Positions 27,373-35,651 of a DNA stretch of 36,509 nucleotides are shown here, piece by piece (positions within the stretch are counted from its first letter, which is position 1; every line of letters starts with the position of its first letter). The position numbers and the translations under genes were made by a program. The notes under the pieces are model-generated. The model searched no databases, was not told where the DNA came from, and was given only the letters and a program-made list of their open reading frames with translations. This DNA comes from a virus (Duplodnaviria; Caudoviricetes): positions 1 to 36,509 of IMG/VR virus record IMGVR_UViG_3300049781_000118. One strand, given 5' to 3'.

Positions 27373-27947
27373 CTGCTCACCACCAGCGCAGCGCCACCGC
27401 CGAAGCGAGCAGCGAGCGAATCCCGCAGGTAGCGCGGCAGTTCCATGTCCGAGTACGTCACGCTGTAGCCGTACGTCACGGAGTAGTCACCGATGCGTTC
27501 CTGAGTCTTTGGCTTGTCAGCAAGGGCCGATTCTGGCGAGTCACGGAACTTGATCAGCGCTTGTCCGGCCATGCGGCAGACAAGATCGATGATGTCCGCT
27601 GGCACCTCAGGCAGGCCATGTGTGTACGTGACGTCGACCTCAGCGCCATAGGCGAAGCCGCAGGGACGCGTCAGAGCGCCTGAACGCAGCTTGTAGTCCG
27701 AGACTGCCACCCCGTCCACCGCAACCTCTGAGACGGCCGTTACGGGCTGTCCTGGCAGCAGCAGGCGACCTCCGCGACCCTCAAGTTCTACGGTGGACGT
27801 GACCTGACTGATCGGCGACCGTGCCGCAGCCCGCACATGCGCTGAGGCGACGCTCAGATACGTGTTGACTGCGGCAGTCTCGGCCGGCTCAACGGTGACG
27901 CCACGCGCTGTCAGATCGGCGATAGTCGCCAGCGGGTCAAGCGGCAT
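27369..27947 (-). CDS. head-to-tail adaptor
   Basis: LATIADL, VTYTHG..EVPADI, ERIGDYSVTY. Confidence 0.8.
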   Translation of the reverse strand: MPLDPLATIADLTARGVTVEPAETAAVNTYLSVASAHVRAAARSPISQVTSTVELEGRGGRLLLPGQPVTAVSEVAVDGVAVSDYKLRSGALTRPCGFAYGAEVDVTYTHGLPEVPADIIDLVCRMAGQALIKFRDSPESALADKPKTQERIGDYSVTYGYSVTYSDMELPRYLRDSLAARFGGGAALVVSR

Positions 27948-27960
27948 GGGTCACCAGCCT

Positions 27961-28140
27961 TCACTTAGCGGCGGAAGTCTTGCGGACTGCGGTCGGGGCA
28001 GCCTTGACGAGCGTGACGCTCACTAGCTCCTCGGTACGCACCTGCTTCCTGAGGTGTGCAAGCAGGTCAGAATTCTCGTCCAGCGCCATGCGCACGGTCT
28101 GGCCAGAGTTGTTGACGATTTCGACGGGCACAACGGCCAC
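27961..28140 (-). CDS. small hypothetical protein after the capsid gene (59 aa)
   Basis: Hand translation (M)AVVPVEIVNNSGQTVRMALDE...; RBS GAGGAG. Confidence 0.7.
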   Translation of the reverse strand: MAVVPVEIVNNSGQTVRMALDENSDLLAHLRKQVRTEELVSVTLVKAAPTAVRKTSAAK

Positions 28141-28174
28141 GGATACTCCTCGACTTGTGATCAGCGGGGCAACA

Positions 28175-28207
28175 GGGAAGCACCTACGAAAGTGGTAGGT
28201 GCTTCCC
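28175..28207. terminator. 13-bp perfect hairpin after the major capsid gene, centred on the operator-like motif
   Basis: GGGAAGCACCTAC-GAAAGTG-GTAGGTGCTTCCC. Confidence 0.7.
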
Positions 28208-28221
28208 CTCGGTGGCTAGCC

Positions 28222-29100
28222 TCAGGCAGGCAGGCCGGTCGTAACGTCGACGTCCATCACGGCCAGAGCCTCAGGACGGACAACCTTGGCGCCGTACAGG
28301 TGCAGCCCCTTGATCGCGTCGCTGAAGCTGGACTGAGGCCGGTAAGCCTCAACCTTGTTGATCTGCTCAGCGAACGTGGTCGCCATGGCGTGACCGGCAA
28401 CGACGAAGTTCGACACCTCAGGCGACGTGCCAGCAGTACCGGCCGGGCTGTTCAGCGAGGTGAGGACGTTGAAGCCGAGGATTCGACCAACCTCACCGTT
28501 CTTGATCGTCGCCCCACCATCGCCGTACTTCGACGCGTCGATGAATCGCGAGTCCTGAAGCAGCAGCGCGTAGAACTCGGGCGAGACGATCAGGAATCGA
28601 CCGCTCGTCGGGATCTTCGCCTTGTCCAGCTTGACCTTCAGCGCGAGGACGATCTTGTACGCGGCATCCGGCGTCGCAGCGTCACCAGCGGCGATCACGT
28701 TGCCGGCGTTGGCAGTCATGAGGCCGGCCAGGAACACATCTGCCGTGTCGCTGAGCCCGTACGCAGCGTCGCTCGCAGCCTTGGTGAGGAGCTGGCCACC
28801 CGAGCGAGTCTGACGCATGTCGACGTCATCGACTTCGAAAGCGAAATACTTGCTCTGGTCGATAACGAGCGTCTGGTCAGTCGTGGTGAGCGTCTGCGGG
28901 TCGATCGCAGTGCTGTTCTTGGTGTACGTGCTGATGGTCGGCGCAGACAGCGAACCGATGTGAACCGTGTCGCCGAACGAGGAAATCTCGCCCTCGTAAT
29001 CACGGTTGATCACGCCGCCCTGCCCGAAGATCTGAGCCTTCCGCAGCGCAACGAAGAGGTCTGCGGACCAAACCTCAGGGATGAAAGTGTCAACGGCCAT
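28222..29100 (-). CDS. major capsid protein
   Basis: FIPEVWS, NRDYEGEI..FGDTVHI, GLHLYGAKVVRPE; follows the scaffold gene. Confidence 0.92.
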   Translation of the reverse strand: MAVDTFIPEVWSADLFVALRKAQIFGQGGVINRDYEGEISSFGDTVHIGSLSAPTISTYTKNSTAIDPQTLTTTDQTLVIDQSKYFAFEVDDVDMRQTRSGGQLLTKAASDAAYGLSDTADVFLAGLMTANAGNVIAAGDAATPDAAYKIVLALKVKLDKAKIPTSGRFLIVSPEFYALLLQDSRFIDASKYGDGGATIKNGEVGRILGFNVLTSLNSPAGTAGTSPEVSNFVVAGHAMATTFAEQINKVEAYRPQSSFSDAIKGLHLYGAKVVRPEALAVMDVDVTTGLPA

Positions 29101-29123
29101 GCGCTTTTACACTCCTAGTGTGG

Positions 29124-29717
29124 TTACTTGATGCCGAGAACGTCGTTCAGACGTCCGTCAGCCTTGGCCTTGGCGATGAACTCGGGCGACTTGCCCTTGA
29201 GGTCAGCGCGAGTGAGCTGATCGGGGCCAGATGCCTTGCGCTGGGCACCACCATCGCCAGAACCCTGGAAGCGCTGCTTGGCCGTTGCGGCTAGATGCGG
29301 CTTACGGGTTAGTAGATCTTCGATCGCAGCAGAAACCTTCTGCGCGTCGACGTCGCCGTCCTCGCTGACCTCGAACCCGGAAAGGTCGAGCAGTGCAAGG
29401 GCGTCAGTAGGGTCGGCCAGCTTGCCAGCGGCAGCAGCCTTAATCTCCGCGCGGACAATGCGAGCGTTCAGCTTGCGGTCAGCGTCGGAAGTCTTCGTAG
29501 CGCTGGACTCAAGGGCCGCTAGGCGCGCCTCAAGTTCCCTGCGCTTTTCCCGCTCAGCGTTGCGCTCAGCCTTCATCGTGTCGAGCGCCTTCTTACCCGG
29601 ATCCCCCAGCGCCTCAGCACCAGCGGGGTCAGCCTCAACGACAGGCGCAGTGACCGGCGTGACCTCAGGGCCGTTGGCCGGCGTAACAGTCTCGGCGGAA
29701 GCAGGGTTTTCGGGCAT
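29124..29717 (-). CDS. capsid scaffolding protein
   Basis: LGDPGKKAL, coiled coil, LADPTDA, KPHLA. Confidence 0.85.
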   Translation of the reverse strand: MPENPASAETVTPANGPEVTPVTAPVVEADPAGAEALGDPGKKALDTMKAERNAEREKRRELEARLAALESSATKTSDADRKLNARIVRAEIKAAAAGKLADPTDALALLDLSGFEVSEDGDVDAQKVSAAIEDLLTRKPHLAATAKQRFQGSGDGGAQRKASGPDQLTRADLKGKSPEFIAKAKADGRLNDVLGIK

Positions 29718-29795
29718 GCGTCAACTCCGTTGCGGGTTGTCGTGGCAGCGCATTGCGCGCAGGTACGAAAGTGGGAGGTGGTCGGGCAGAGCGCC

Positions 29796-30701
29796 CTAGC
29801 GGAGATAGCCGTTCTTATAGAGCAGCCGGATAGCCTGCTCTCGTGACTCCGCCTGTTGGTAGATCTCCTCAGGCATCAACCGGGGAGGGCGCTTCTTTTT
29901 GCGCGAGCCCGTGCCTGCATAGGTGACCTGCACCGTTTTGCCGAACATCTCAACCTGAGCCATGGCCTTGCGCGCATTGACTACGCTGTAGATGTTGGCG
30001 CCATCGTCGATAGCCTTTGCCCCAGCCTCGCCAAAGACCTTGCGCCTTTGCTCTGGGGTCATGTTCTTGAAGGTGTCTTGTGCGTCAACCGGAGTAGGCC
30101 GATTGCGTTTCGTCACTGGCTCCATCGTGCAGTCACAGCGCGGATGGCGGAGAAAGCCACTCGACACGCTGTACTCACGGCCAGCGAGAATGATGCAGCG
30201 CGAGCATGCCGGAAGTTCGACCACGCGCACATACGCGAGGACTTTCCGATTCGCTACCATCGCCGCCTGGTCTGCCTGTCGCCCGGTATCAGCGACGACA
30301 GTGCGCACAACCATGTCCAGGAATGCAGCACCTCGCGCCATTGCGGCACGTGCGCTGAATCCTCTTCGTTGTGCGCTGATTGATCGGGGGCCGGCCTGCG
30401 CAAGTAGTTTCAGCGCGTCCCTGCCATCCGGCGTCTGAGCTGCGAACTGCTCAGGGACGATCTGCCCGCCTTGCACTGCTTCCGGCCCCAGTAGCTCGCG
30501 CATGAACGTGTGGGTTGATCGGGCTGCGTGCAACTGCCCTCGCTGAACCATTGCGGTCACAGCAGGCAGCAGACGCGCCCAATCTCTTGCCACGTGTTCA
30601 GGGCGAACCTTGGCCCATTCGCTCAGTACTGCGCGTGCTGTAGCGTCAGCCAGCGCTTCCCGCGATCGCTGGTGTCGGCGCGCCAGTAGGCCCGTTGCCA
30701 T
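29796..30701 (-). CDS. head morphogenesis / minor capsid (MuF-like) protein
   Basis: Lies between portal and scaffold; ACSRC..LAG...F.RHPRCDC. Confidence 0.75.
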   Translation of the reverse strand: MATGLLARRHQRSREALADATARAVLSEWAKVRPEHVARDWARLLPAVTAMVQRGQLHAARSTHTFMRELLGPEAVQGGQIVPEQFAAQTPDGRDALKLLAQAGPRSISAQRRGFSARAAMARGAAFLDMVVRTVVADTGRQADQAAMVANRKVLAYVRVVELPACSRCIILAGREYSVSSGFLRHPRCDCTMEPVTKRNRPTPVDAQDTFKNMTPEQRRKVFGEAGAKAIDDGANIYSVVNARKAMAQVEMFGKTVQVTYAGTGSRKKKRPPRLMPEEIYQQAESREQAIRLLYKNGYLR

Positions 30702-32139
30702 CGGTCACGCCCCCTTGCTCTGGGTCCCGAGCCATTAGCGCTGTGAACGCGCCCATGGGGTCTGCCTGTAGTTCCTTATCGCGCATGGCCAGCAGGTCAA
30801 CGACCTCAGTCGGCGTAAGCCCGTAGCGCAGCGCCAGGAATTCAAACGGAAACCCGATCTGCTTCAGCTTCAGCAGCGAGTCAGTTAGCTGCGCCTGGCT
30901 GCGCGACTCGGCATCTGCCCAGAGAACTCGTCCCCCGGCGATTGCCTTGGCCTTGTCGTCGTCACCTTGCGCGAGGGCGATCAGGCGGAACATCTCGCGA
31001 AGCGCCTGGCCAAACCAGATCTGCTTTTCCTCAACGCGCTTGACCAGACCGGTTTCAGCGGCCAGCAGAGCGTCACCGCTCAGGTTGGCCATCTTTCCGA
31101 TCAGGTAATGCTGAGGCGTGCGCGTCTGGGCGGCGATGTGGCCTACCGCAACTTCGATAATGTTGCTGTACGCCTCAAGATTCGCAGCAGTCCACTCAGT
31201 GACCTTGACGTTCTCGCCAGTGAAGAACATGACCCGGTCGACCGCGAAACGTTCCATGTCAATCGGACGTGAGCCGACGATCTTGCCTTGTTCGTCCAGG
31301 ATCGGAATCTCAGGCACCTCAGCGCCCAGGACGATCCGCTGCGGGAACGATGCGTAATCGGCAGCAGTGAAAAGTTGCGCCCAGAGGAGATTGACAGCGT
31401 CCTGCATGGCAACCACGCCGCTGATATCGCTGATCGGCTCCTCAGACAGCGTCGGACGATTCGGCAGTTCCACCATTGGGACAACACCCATGGGGTTCGG
31501 CTGCGGGTTCGGCTCGGCGCCAGTCTCGCGCAGGTCCCACTTGTTCAGCTCTTCGTCGACAGACTGCATCTGCGGACTCTTGGTGCTGACACCCAGTAGG
31601 GGACGCTCGAACTTCCAGACTTCGTCAGCGAGATACAGCGTGGCGAAGCTGCTGGCGCCATCATCCCAGCGCTTGAGGGCCGCGCGACGTCTGCGGCGTG
31701 AGCCTGGCCAGTACGCCACGATGCACTGCGACGCATCCTCAAAGGTGACCTCAGGTGTCTCAGGGTCATCCGGGTTGCCCCAGATGAGGACGAAGCTGCG
31801 TGCACTGTTGACTGCGCCCAGAAACCCAAGCTGCGAGTCAGCGTCAAGGGCGTTCATCTGCCAGACGCGCCAGGACTCGGAGTCAGCCGAAGTCTCGCCG
31901 GCCGGCAGGATGCCATTCACCGTGAGGCGCTCAACCGGGCTATCGCTGACGACCTGAACCCAATTGTCAGCAAAGTCGCGGTATCGGTCGCCGTGGAATT
32001 TCCGGAACTGATCCGACGCGAAAGCTAGCGCCTGCTTGCCTCTGTAGTAGTCGGAGTGCCGCTGAATACCGGGCCGGCGATTCATTAGCTCATTCTCAAG
32101 TAGCTGAACCAGCGCAAGGGCTTCGCCGTGAGTAGCCAT
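30646..32139 (-). CDS. portal protein (SPP1 gp6-like)
   Basis: YYRGKQ, NWVQVV...ERL, NLSGDAL; ATG at 32139 with AAGGAG RBS. Confidence 0.92.
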   Translation of the reverse strand: MATHGEALALVQLLENELMNRRPGIQRHSDYYRGKQALAFASDQFRKFHGDRYRDFADNWVQVVSDSPVERLTVNGILPAGETSADSESWRVWQMNALDADSQLGFLGAVNSARSFVLIWGNPDDPETPEVTFEDASQCIVAYWPGSRRRRRAALKRWDDGASSFATLYLADEVWKFERPLLGVSTKSPQMQSVDEELNKWDLRETGAEPNPQPNPMGVVPMVELPNRPTLSEEPISDISGVVAMQDAVNLLWAQLFTAADYASFPQRIVLGAEVPEIPILDEQGKIVGSRPIDMERFAVDRVMFFTGENVKVTEWTAANLEAYSNIIEVAVGHIAAQTRTPQHYLIGKMANLSGDALLAAETGLVKRVEEKQIWFGQALREMFRLIALAQGDDDKAKAIAGGRVLWADAESRSQAQLTDSLLKLKQIGFPFEFLALRYGLTPTEVVDLLAMRDKELQADPMGAFTALMARDPEQGGVTDGNGPTGAPTPAIAGSAG

Positions 32140-32156
32140 CACACTCCTTTCCGGCG

Positions 32157-33770
32157 TCACGCCGACATATACAGGGGTTTTTTGCGGAGCAAACCAGCGG
32201 CAATGGCGTCGCAGGCTGCCTCATGGGTGAGCACGCTGACTACGGCCATATCGATCTTCCGGCGCGCCTCAGGCTTGGCGAGGACATACCGATCAGCGGG
32301 CCGTGCAGCCATTCGTGCGTTGAAAATGTGGCGCTCAGTGATCGGGCACCCGTCATGGACGAACCCGCTGTCGCGCTTGATGATGTCGGTTTTCAACCGT
32401 TCAGCAGCGGCATGCATCTGGACTGGCCGGCGAGTGTGCCAGCGAATGACGCGCCGATCTCCGTAGCGCTCTGCCCACTGGTCGACTTCTGTTTCCCAGT
32501 AGGGCGGATCGCAGTACATGAGTTTGACGTCATAGCTGCGGAATAGCTCATCCATAGCCGCATCGACTTCTAGGCGCGGAACCTGTCCGCCCCACTCAGC
32601 GGGATCCCAGACCGTAGGTAGCGCTGAAGGCCCGTAGGTGGGGGTGAACTGGAAACCGTCCAGCGTTTCAGCGCGAATGCCAGTCCAGTCATCCGAGTCC
32701 GAGCCATCGAAGCCCAGTACGATCGGGATCTTCATTAGCTTGTAAGCGCTGGGCGCTGGCTTCTCACGGCTGGCGTCAGCCCGAGACACCCAGGCAGAGT
32801 GCTCAACCCAGGCGCCATGGCCGGCGACGACTCGGTTACCGAAGAATCGCTCTGCCTGGCCAGGGTCGGTTTCGAGTAGCTCGGCGACCTCAGCCTCAAT
32901 GGCGTCAAGGTCAATGTGAGGGCAGCCGGCGTAAACGGCCTTGTGGATCTTCCGGCGTTCGACCTTGTTGCGGTAGCTCAGCGTGGGAGGTGCCTGCGGA
33001 AAGAAGCGCAAAACGTCCTCAGCGGCACCTTCCGCAGTGCGCTGGGCGGTGCTGTACTCGCTGGGGTCATACGCGTTCGTCGTCTCCATGCTGCGCCCTG
33101 ACATACCTGCCAGGCCACGGCGCATAGTCTCGGCGACCTTGATCATCTTGTTCGTGGCGTTATACGTGCCTGTCTCGTCCTGAATGGCAAACGTGATCGG
33201 GTTACCAAGTCGGGACTGAGCGGAGGACGTCACGACGTCAATCCGGCCTTCATCGCCAACCTTGACGAACCCCTCGCGCACGTTCATCACAGCGGAGCAA
33301 GGGCCGTGCTTGATCATGGCCTTCAGCGGCCGATAGACGTTCGCCACCTGATCTTCGGACGTCGCCAGCAACTGAATCAGCGGCGTGGGCTGCGGCATGG
33401 CCATGGGCTCGCCAGCGGCATACTCGTACAACCAGCCGCAGGGGCATCCCCAGTCGACACAGCGGTACCGCTCGCCACCCTCAGCGAAGCCAGCAAAGAC
33501 AGTCGGGCCGGCAGCCTCAGCGAGCACGACAGCAGCCGCAAACGGCCCCTTGCCGCTCTTCTGAGGCATGATGATCTGCGCGCGTCGGTAGGTGAACGCC
33601 GTGCTTCGCTGACCTAGCTCGGCCTCAGGGCGCACGGTGTAGAAGTCAGCGGCGACCTTGAGTTGCCAGGGCAGTAGTTCGAAGGGTTCGCCCTGCCGAA
33701 AGCCATCGGGGATGACTGCGTGTGACTCGATCCACGCCAGCGTGACCAGCATCGGCGTACCGTCAGCCAC
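32157..33770 (-). CDS. terminase large subunit
   Basis: Walker A PQKSGK, Walker B AIQDE, nuclease LGFDGS..DD, KIDMAV; GTG start at 33770 inferred. Confidence 0.93.
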   Translation of the reverse strand: MADGTPMLVTLAWIESHAVIPDGFRQGEPFELLPWQLKVAADFYTVRPEAELGQRSTAFTYRRAQIIMPQKSGKGPFAAAVVLAEAAGPTVFAGFAEGGERYRCVDWGCPCGWLYEYAAGEPMAMPQPTPLIQLLATSEDQVANVYRPLKAMIKHGPCSAVMNVREGFVKVGDEGRIDVVTSSAQSRLGNPITFAIQDETGTYNATNKMIKVAETMRRGLAGMSGRSMETTNAYDPSEYSTAQRTAEGAAEDVLRFFPQAPPTLSYRNKVERRKIHKAVYAGCPHIDLDAIEAEVAELLETDPGQAERFFGNRVVAGHGAWVEHSAWVSRADASREKPAPSAYKLMKIPIVLGFDGSDSDDWTGIRAETLDGFQFTPTYGPSALPTVWDPAEWGGQVPRLEVDAAMDELFRSYDVKLMYCDPPYWETEVDQWAERYGDRRVIRWHTRRPVQMHAAAERLKTDIIKRDSGFVHDGCPITERHIFNARMAARPADRYVLAKPEARRKIDMAVVSVLTHEAACDAIAAGLLRKKPLYMSA

Positions 33771-34221
33771 CCTGCACCGCCCGTAGGCGCTCCGCCAGGC
33801 TCGTGACCTGCGCAGATGGGCCAGCGCTAGGAGCGTCCTCGCCGGCGTCAACCGCTGCGATCGTCCACCTGTTGCGCTGCATGCCGCTGATGCTCAGCCC
33901 GAGCGACTCGGCGAACTGCTTGACCTGACCCCAGACGATTGCGCTAGAGCGCGGTGACTCTGCGCGTACAAGCAGTCGCACATAGCTAGCGACCTCGAAG
34001 TCTTGGTGTAGCTGCTCCCACATGACTGCCTGAGGTGTCTGCCAGAGACGTTCCCAGAGCGCTAGCTCACGCGGGGTGGCCATGTCCAGCGGGAATGCCG
34101 GCTCTGGCCCGTCACGGCCCTCAGCGGGTAGGGTGACCCAGCCATCTGCCTGCGCCTTGTGGCTGCGCTCAGTCGACGTCGGGGCCGGCCCGCTGCGTAC
34201 TCGTGCTCCGCCCTTAGCCAT
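33763..34221 (-). CDS. terminase small subunit
   Basis: GGARVRSGP, WERLWQTPQA, LGLS; directly upstream of TerL. Confidence 0.8.
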   Translation of the reverse strand: MAKGGARVRSGPAPTSTERSHKAQADGWVTLPAEGRDGPEPAFPLDMATPRELALWERLWQTPQAVMWEQLHQDFEVASYVRLLVRAESPRSSAIVWGQVKQFAESLGLSISGMQRNRWTIAAVDAGEDAPSAGPSAQVTSLAERLRAVQGG

Positions 34222-34299
34222 GCTGATCACCCCCTGGTCTGGACATGGCAGTGCGCCCCTGGCCGGCTAGCCAGAGGCGTTACGGTCTGTAGTGCTACG

Positions 34300-34410
34300 C
34301 GGTGTGACGCCGGTCACAGTCAGTGGTCTGAACCGGGCGGACCCGACAGCGCCCTCCCCCGCGTCTGACCTCCCCTAGGGGGCAAGGGGTACACCCCCAC
34401 CCCTACCAGG
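34300..34410. other. probable cos packaging region
   Basis: Non-coding gap between HNH and TerS with G/C runs; exact cut site cannot be determined from sequence. Confidence 0.5.
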
Positions 34411-34421
34411 CGAATCGGACA

Positions 34422-34553
34422 TCAGGGACGTTCACTCAGCGTGAGTGACAGCGCGTGCGCATCGAGCGCTTCGGCGTCGTCTGGCCGGCCACATCCACAG
34501 CGCTCAGCCCAGGTGCATACGCAGTAGGTCACACCATCGTCGTCTGTGATCAT
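34422..34553 (-). CDS. small Cys-rich protein (43 aa)
   Basis: MITDDDGVTYCVCTWAERCGC...; ATGA overlap with HNH. Confidence 0.5.
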   Translation of the reverse strand: MITDDDGVTYCVCTWAERCGCGRPDDAEALDAHALSLTLSERP

Positions 34554-34915
34554 GCTCGGTCGTTCCATCCACCAGGCTGAGCATGTGCAGTAGCGCGCGA
34601 GTGACACGCCTTGGTCATTGCTCTGAGGTTGGTCCAGTCATGGCCACGCGGACCAATGGGCCCGAGTCCGTCTATGTGGTCGACCTCAGTAGCAAGGGGT
34701 CTCAGCGGCATAGGCTCAGCGGCATGCTCAGCGCACTCACACAGCGGATTGGCTTGCAGGTAAGCCTTGCTCGTGCGCTGCCAGCGTGAATCACGGCCCC
34801 TGTTCTTGCGCGGACTGCGTTCAGCAGCGGCACGCGCCTTGCAATCAGGGCATCGGCCGGCCGGATAGACCAGTTCGGGGCAGCCAGGGGTTGAGCAGAC
34901 GCTACGGGCGACCAT
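34550..34915 (-). CDS. terminase-associated HNH endonuclease (HK97 gp74-like)
   Basis: CSTPGC, ATEVDHIDG, NLRAMTKACHSRAT; upstream of TerS. Confidence 0.88.
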   Translation of the reverse strand: MVARSVCSTPGCPELVYPAGRCPDCKARAAAERSPRKNRGRDSRWQRTSKAYLQANPLCECAEHAAEPMPLRPLATEVDHIDGLGPIGPRGHDWTNLRAMTKACHSRATAHAQPGGWNDRA

Positions 34916-35005
34916 GCTGCGTCACCCTCCTACGAAAGTGGTATGTGCTTCGGCGCAAGCGCGTACAGAACCGACCAGACGACCGACCCTGGCACTTGCG
35001 CCGCG

Positions 35006-35079
35006 TGCGGGTAGCAGGGCTCGAACCTGCGACCTCTGGTTCCCAAAACCAGCGCGCTAACCAACTGCGCCATACCCAC
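35006..35079 (-). tRNA. tRNA-Pro(TGG)
   Basis: Acceptor GTGGGTA/TACCCGC, D arm GCGC, anticodon arm CTGGT-TTTGGGA-ACCAG, T arm GCAGG-TTCGAGC-CCTGC; no CCA encoded. Confidence 0.92.
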
Positions 35080-35131
35080 AGCGCGCTGACGCGTCGCCAC
35101 CGTGGTTACGGCCAGACGTGCGCCAGCGCAG

Positions 35132-35214
35132 TCCGCTGAGAGGGATTCGAACCCCCAAGGGCTTTCGCCCAGCAGGGTCTAAGCCTGCCGTGTATTCCGT
35201 TCCACCATCAGCGG
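35132..35214 (-). tRNA. tRNA-Leu(TAG)
   Basis: Acceptor CCGCTGA/TCAGCGG, GCAGG-CTTAGAC-CCTGC, long variable arm GGGCGAAAGCCC, TTCGAAT; no CCA. Confidence 0.92.
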
Positions 35215-35372
35215 GTGTGCGGCTAACCTGAAGGGCCGCAAGGTTTGATCTGTGCGAAGCTTTAGGGCTACTCGCCGCCCGTTCCACTGATGACTAGTCA
35301 GGGAGTTGGGGCCGGTTTCACCCAAGGCAGAGCATCGGCCAGCCGGTCAAGGCCAGTGGTGAACTGCCTGCG

Positions 35373-35445
35373 CGCCCCGTACCGGATTCGAACCGGTGAC
35401 ATCCTGGTCGACAACCAGGCGCTCTGACCGCTGAGCTAACGGGGC
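35373..35445 (-). tRNA. tRNA-Asp(GTC)
   Basis: Acceptor GCCCCGT/ACGGGGC, G73, CCTGG-TTGTCGA-CCAGG, ACCGG-TTCGAAT-CCGGT; no CCA. Confidence 0.93.
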
Positions 35446-35651
35446 AAGAGGTGCTGCATACGTGTGTCTCGTGACCAGCGACCCTCTAACAGATCCAGCC
35501 TGGTCCGTGCCTAGCACGCGCAGCACCGCTCAGTGGCTCAACCCTGGGAGAGAGGGCAGGGGAGCCGGCTGAGCACAGGGTCAGAGGCCACAGCCCGCCG
35601 TTGCGGTAGTACCTGTGTGCGCGGGAACATCTCCGCCCTATACCATATAGA

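Larger units (their letters stand above)
1149..34943. promoter_or_regulatory. dispersed palindromic operator-like motif TACGA(AAG/CTT)TCGTA, about 11 copies
   Basis: Cores start at 1149, 3608 (partial), 3628 (1 mismatch), 6413, 9995, 16150, 18180, 25129, 28185, 29764 and 34931 (last three are TGG variants). Confidence 0.85.

Noticed and set aside
34334-34345. CGGGCGGACCCG as the exact cohesive end
   Set aside because: Position and symmetry are suggestive, but the end cannot be assigned without terminus sequencing.
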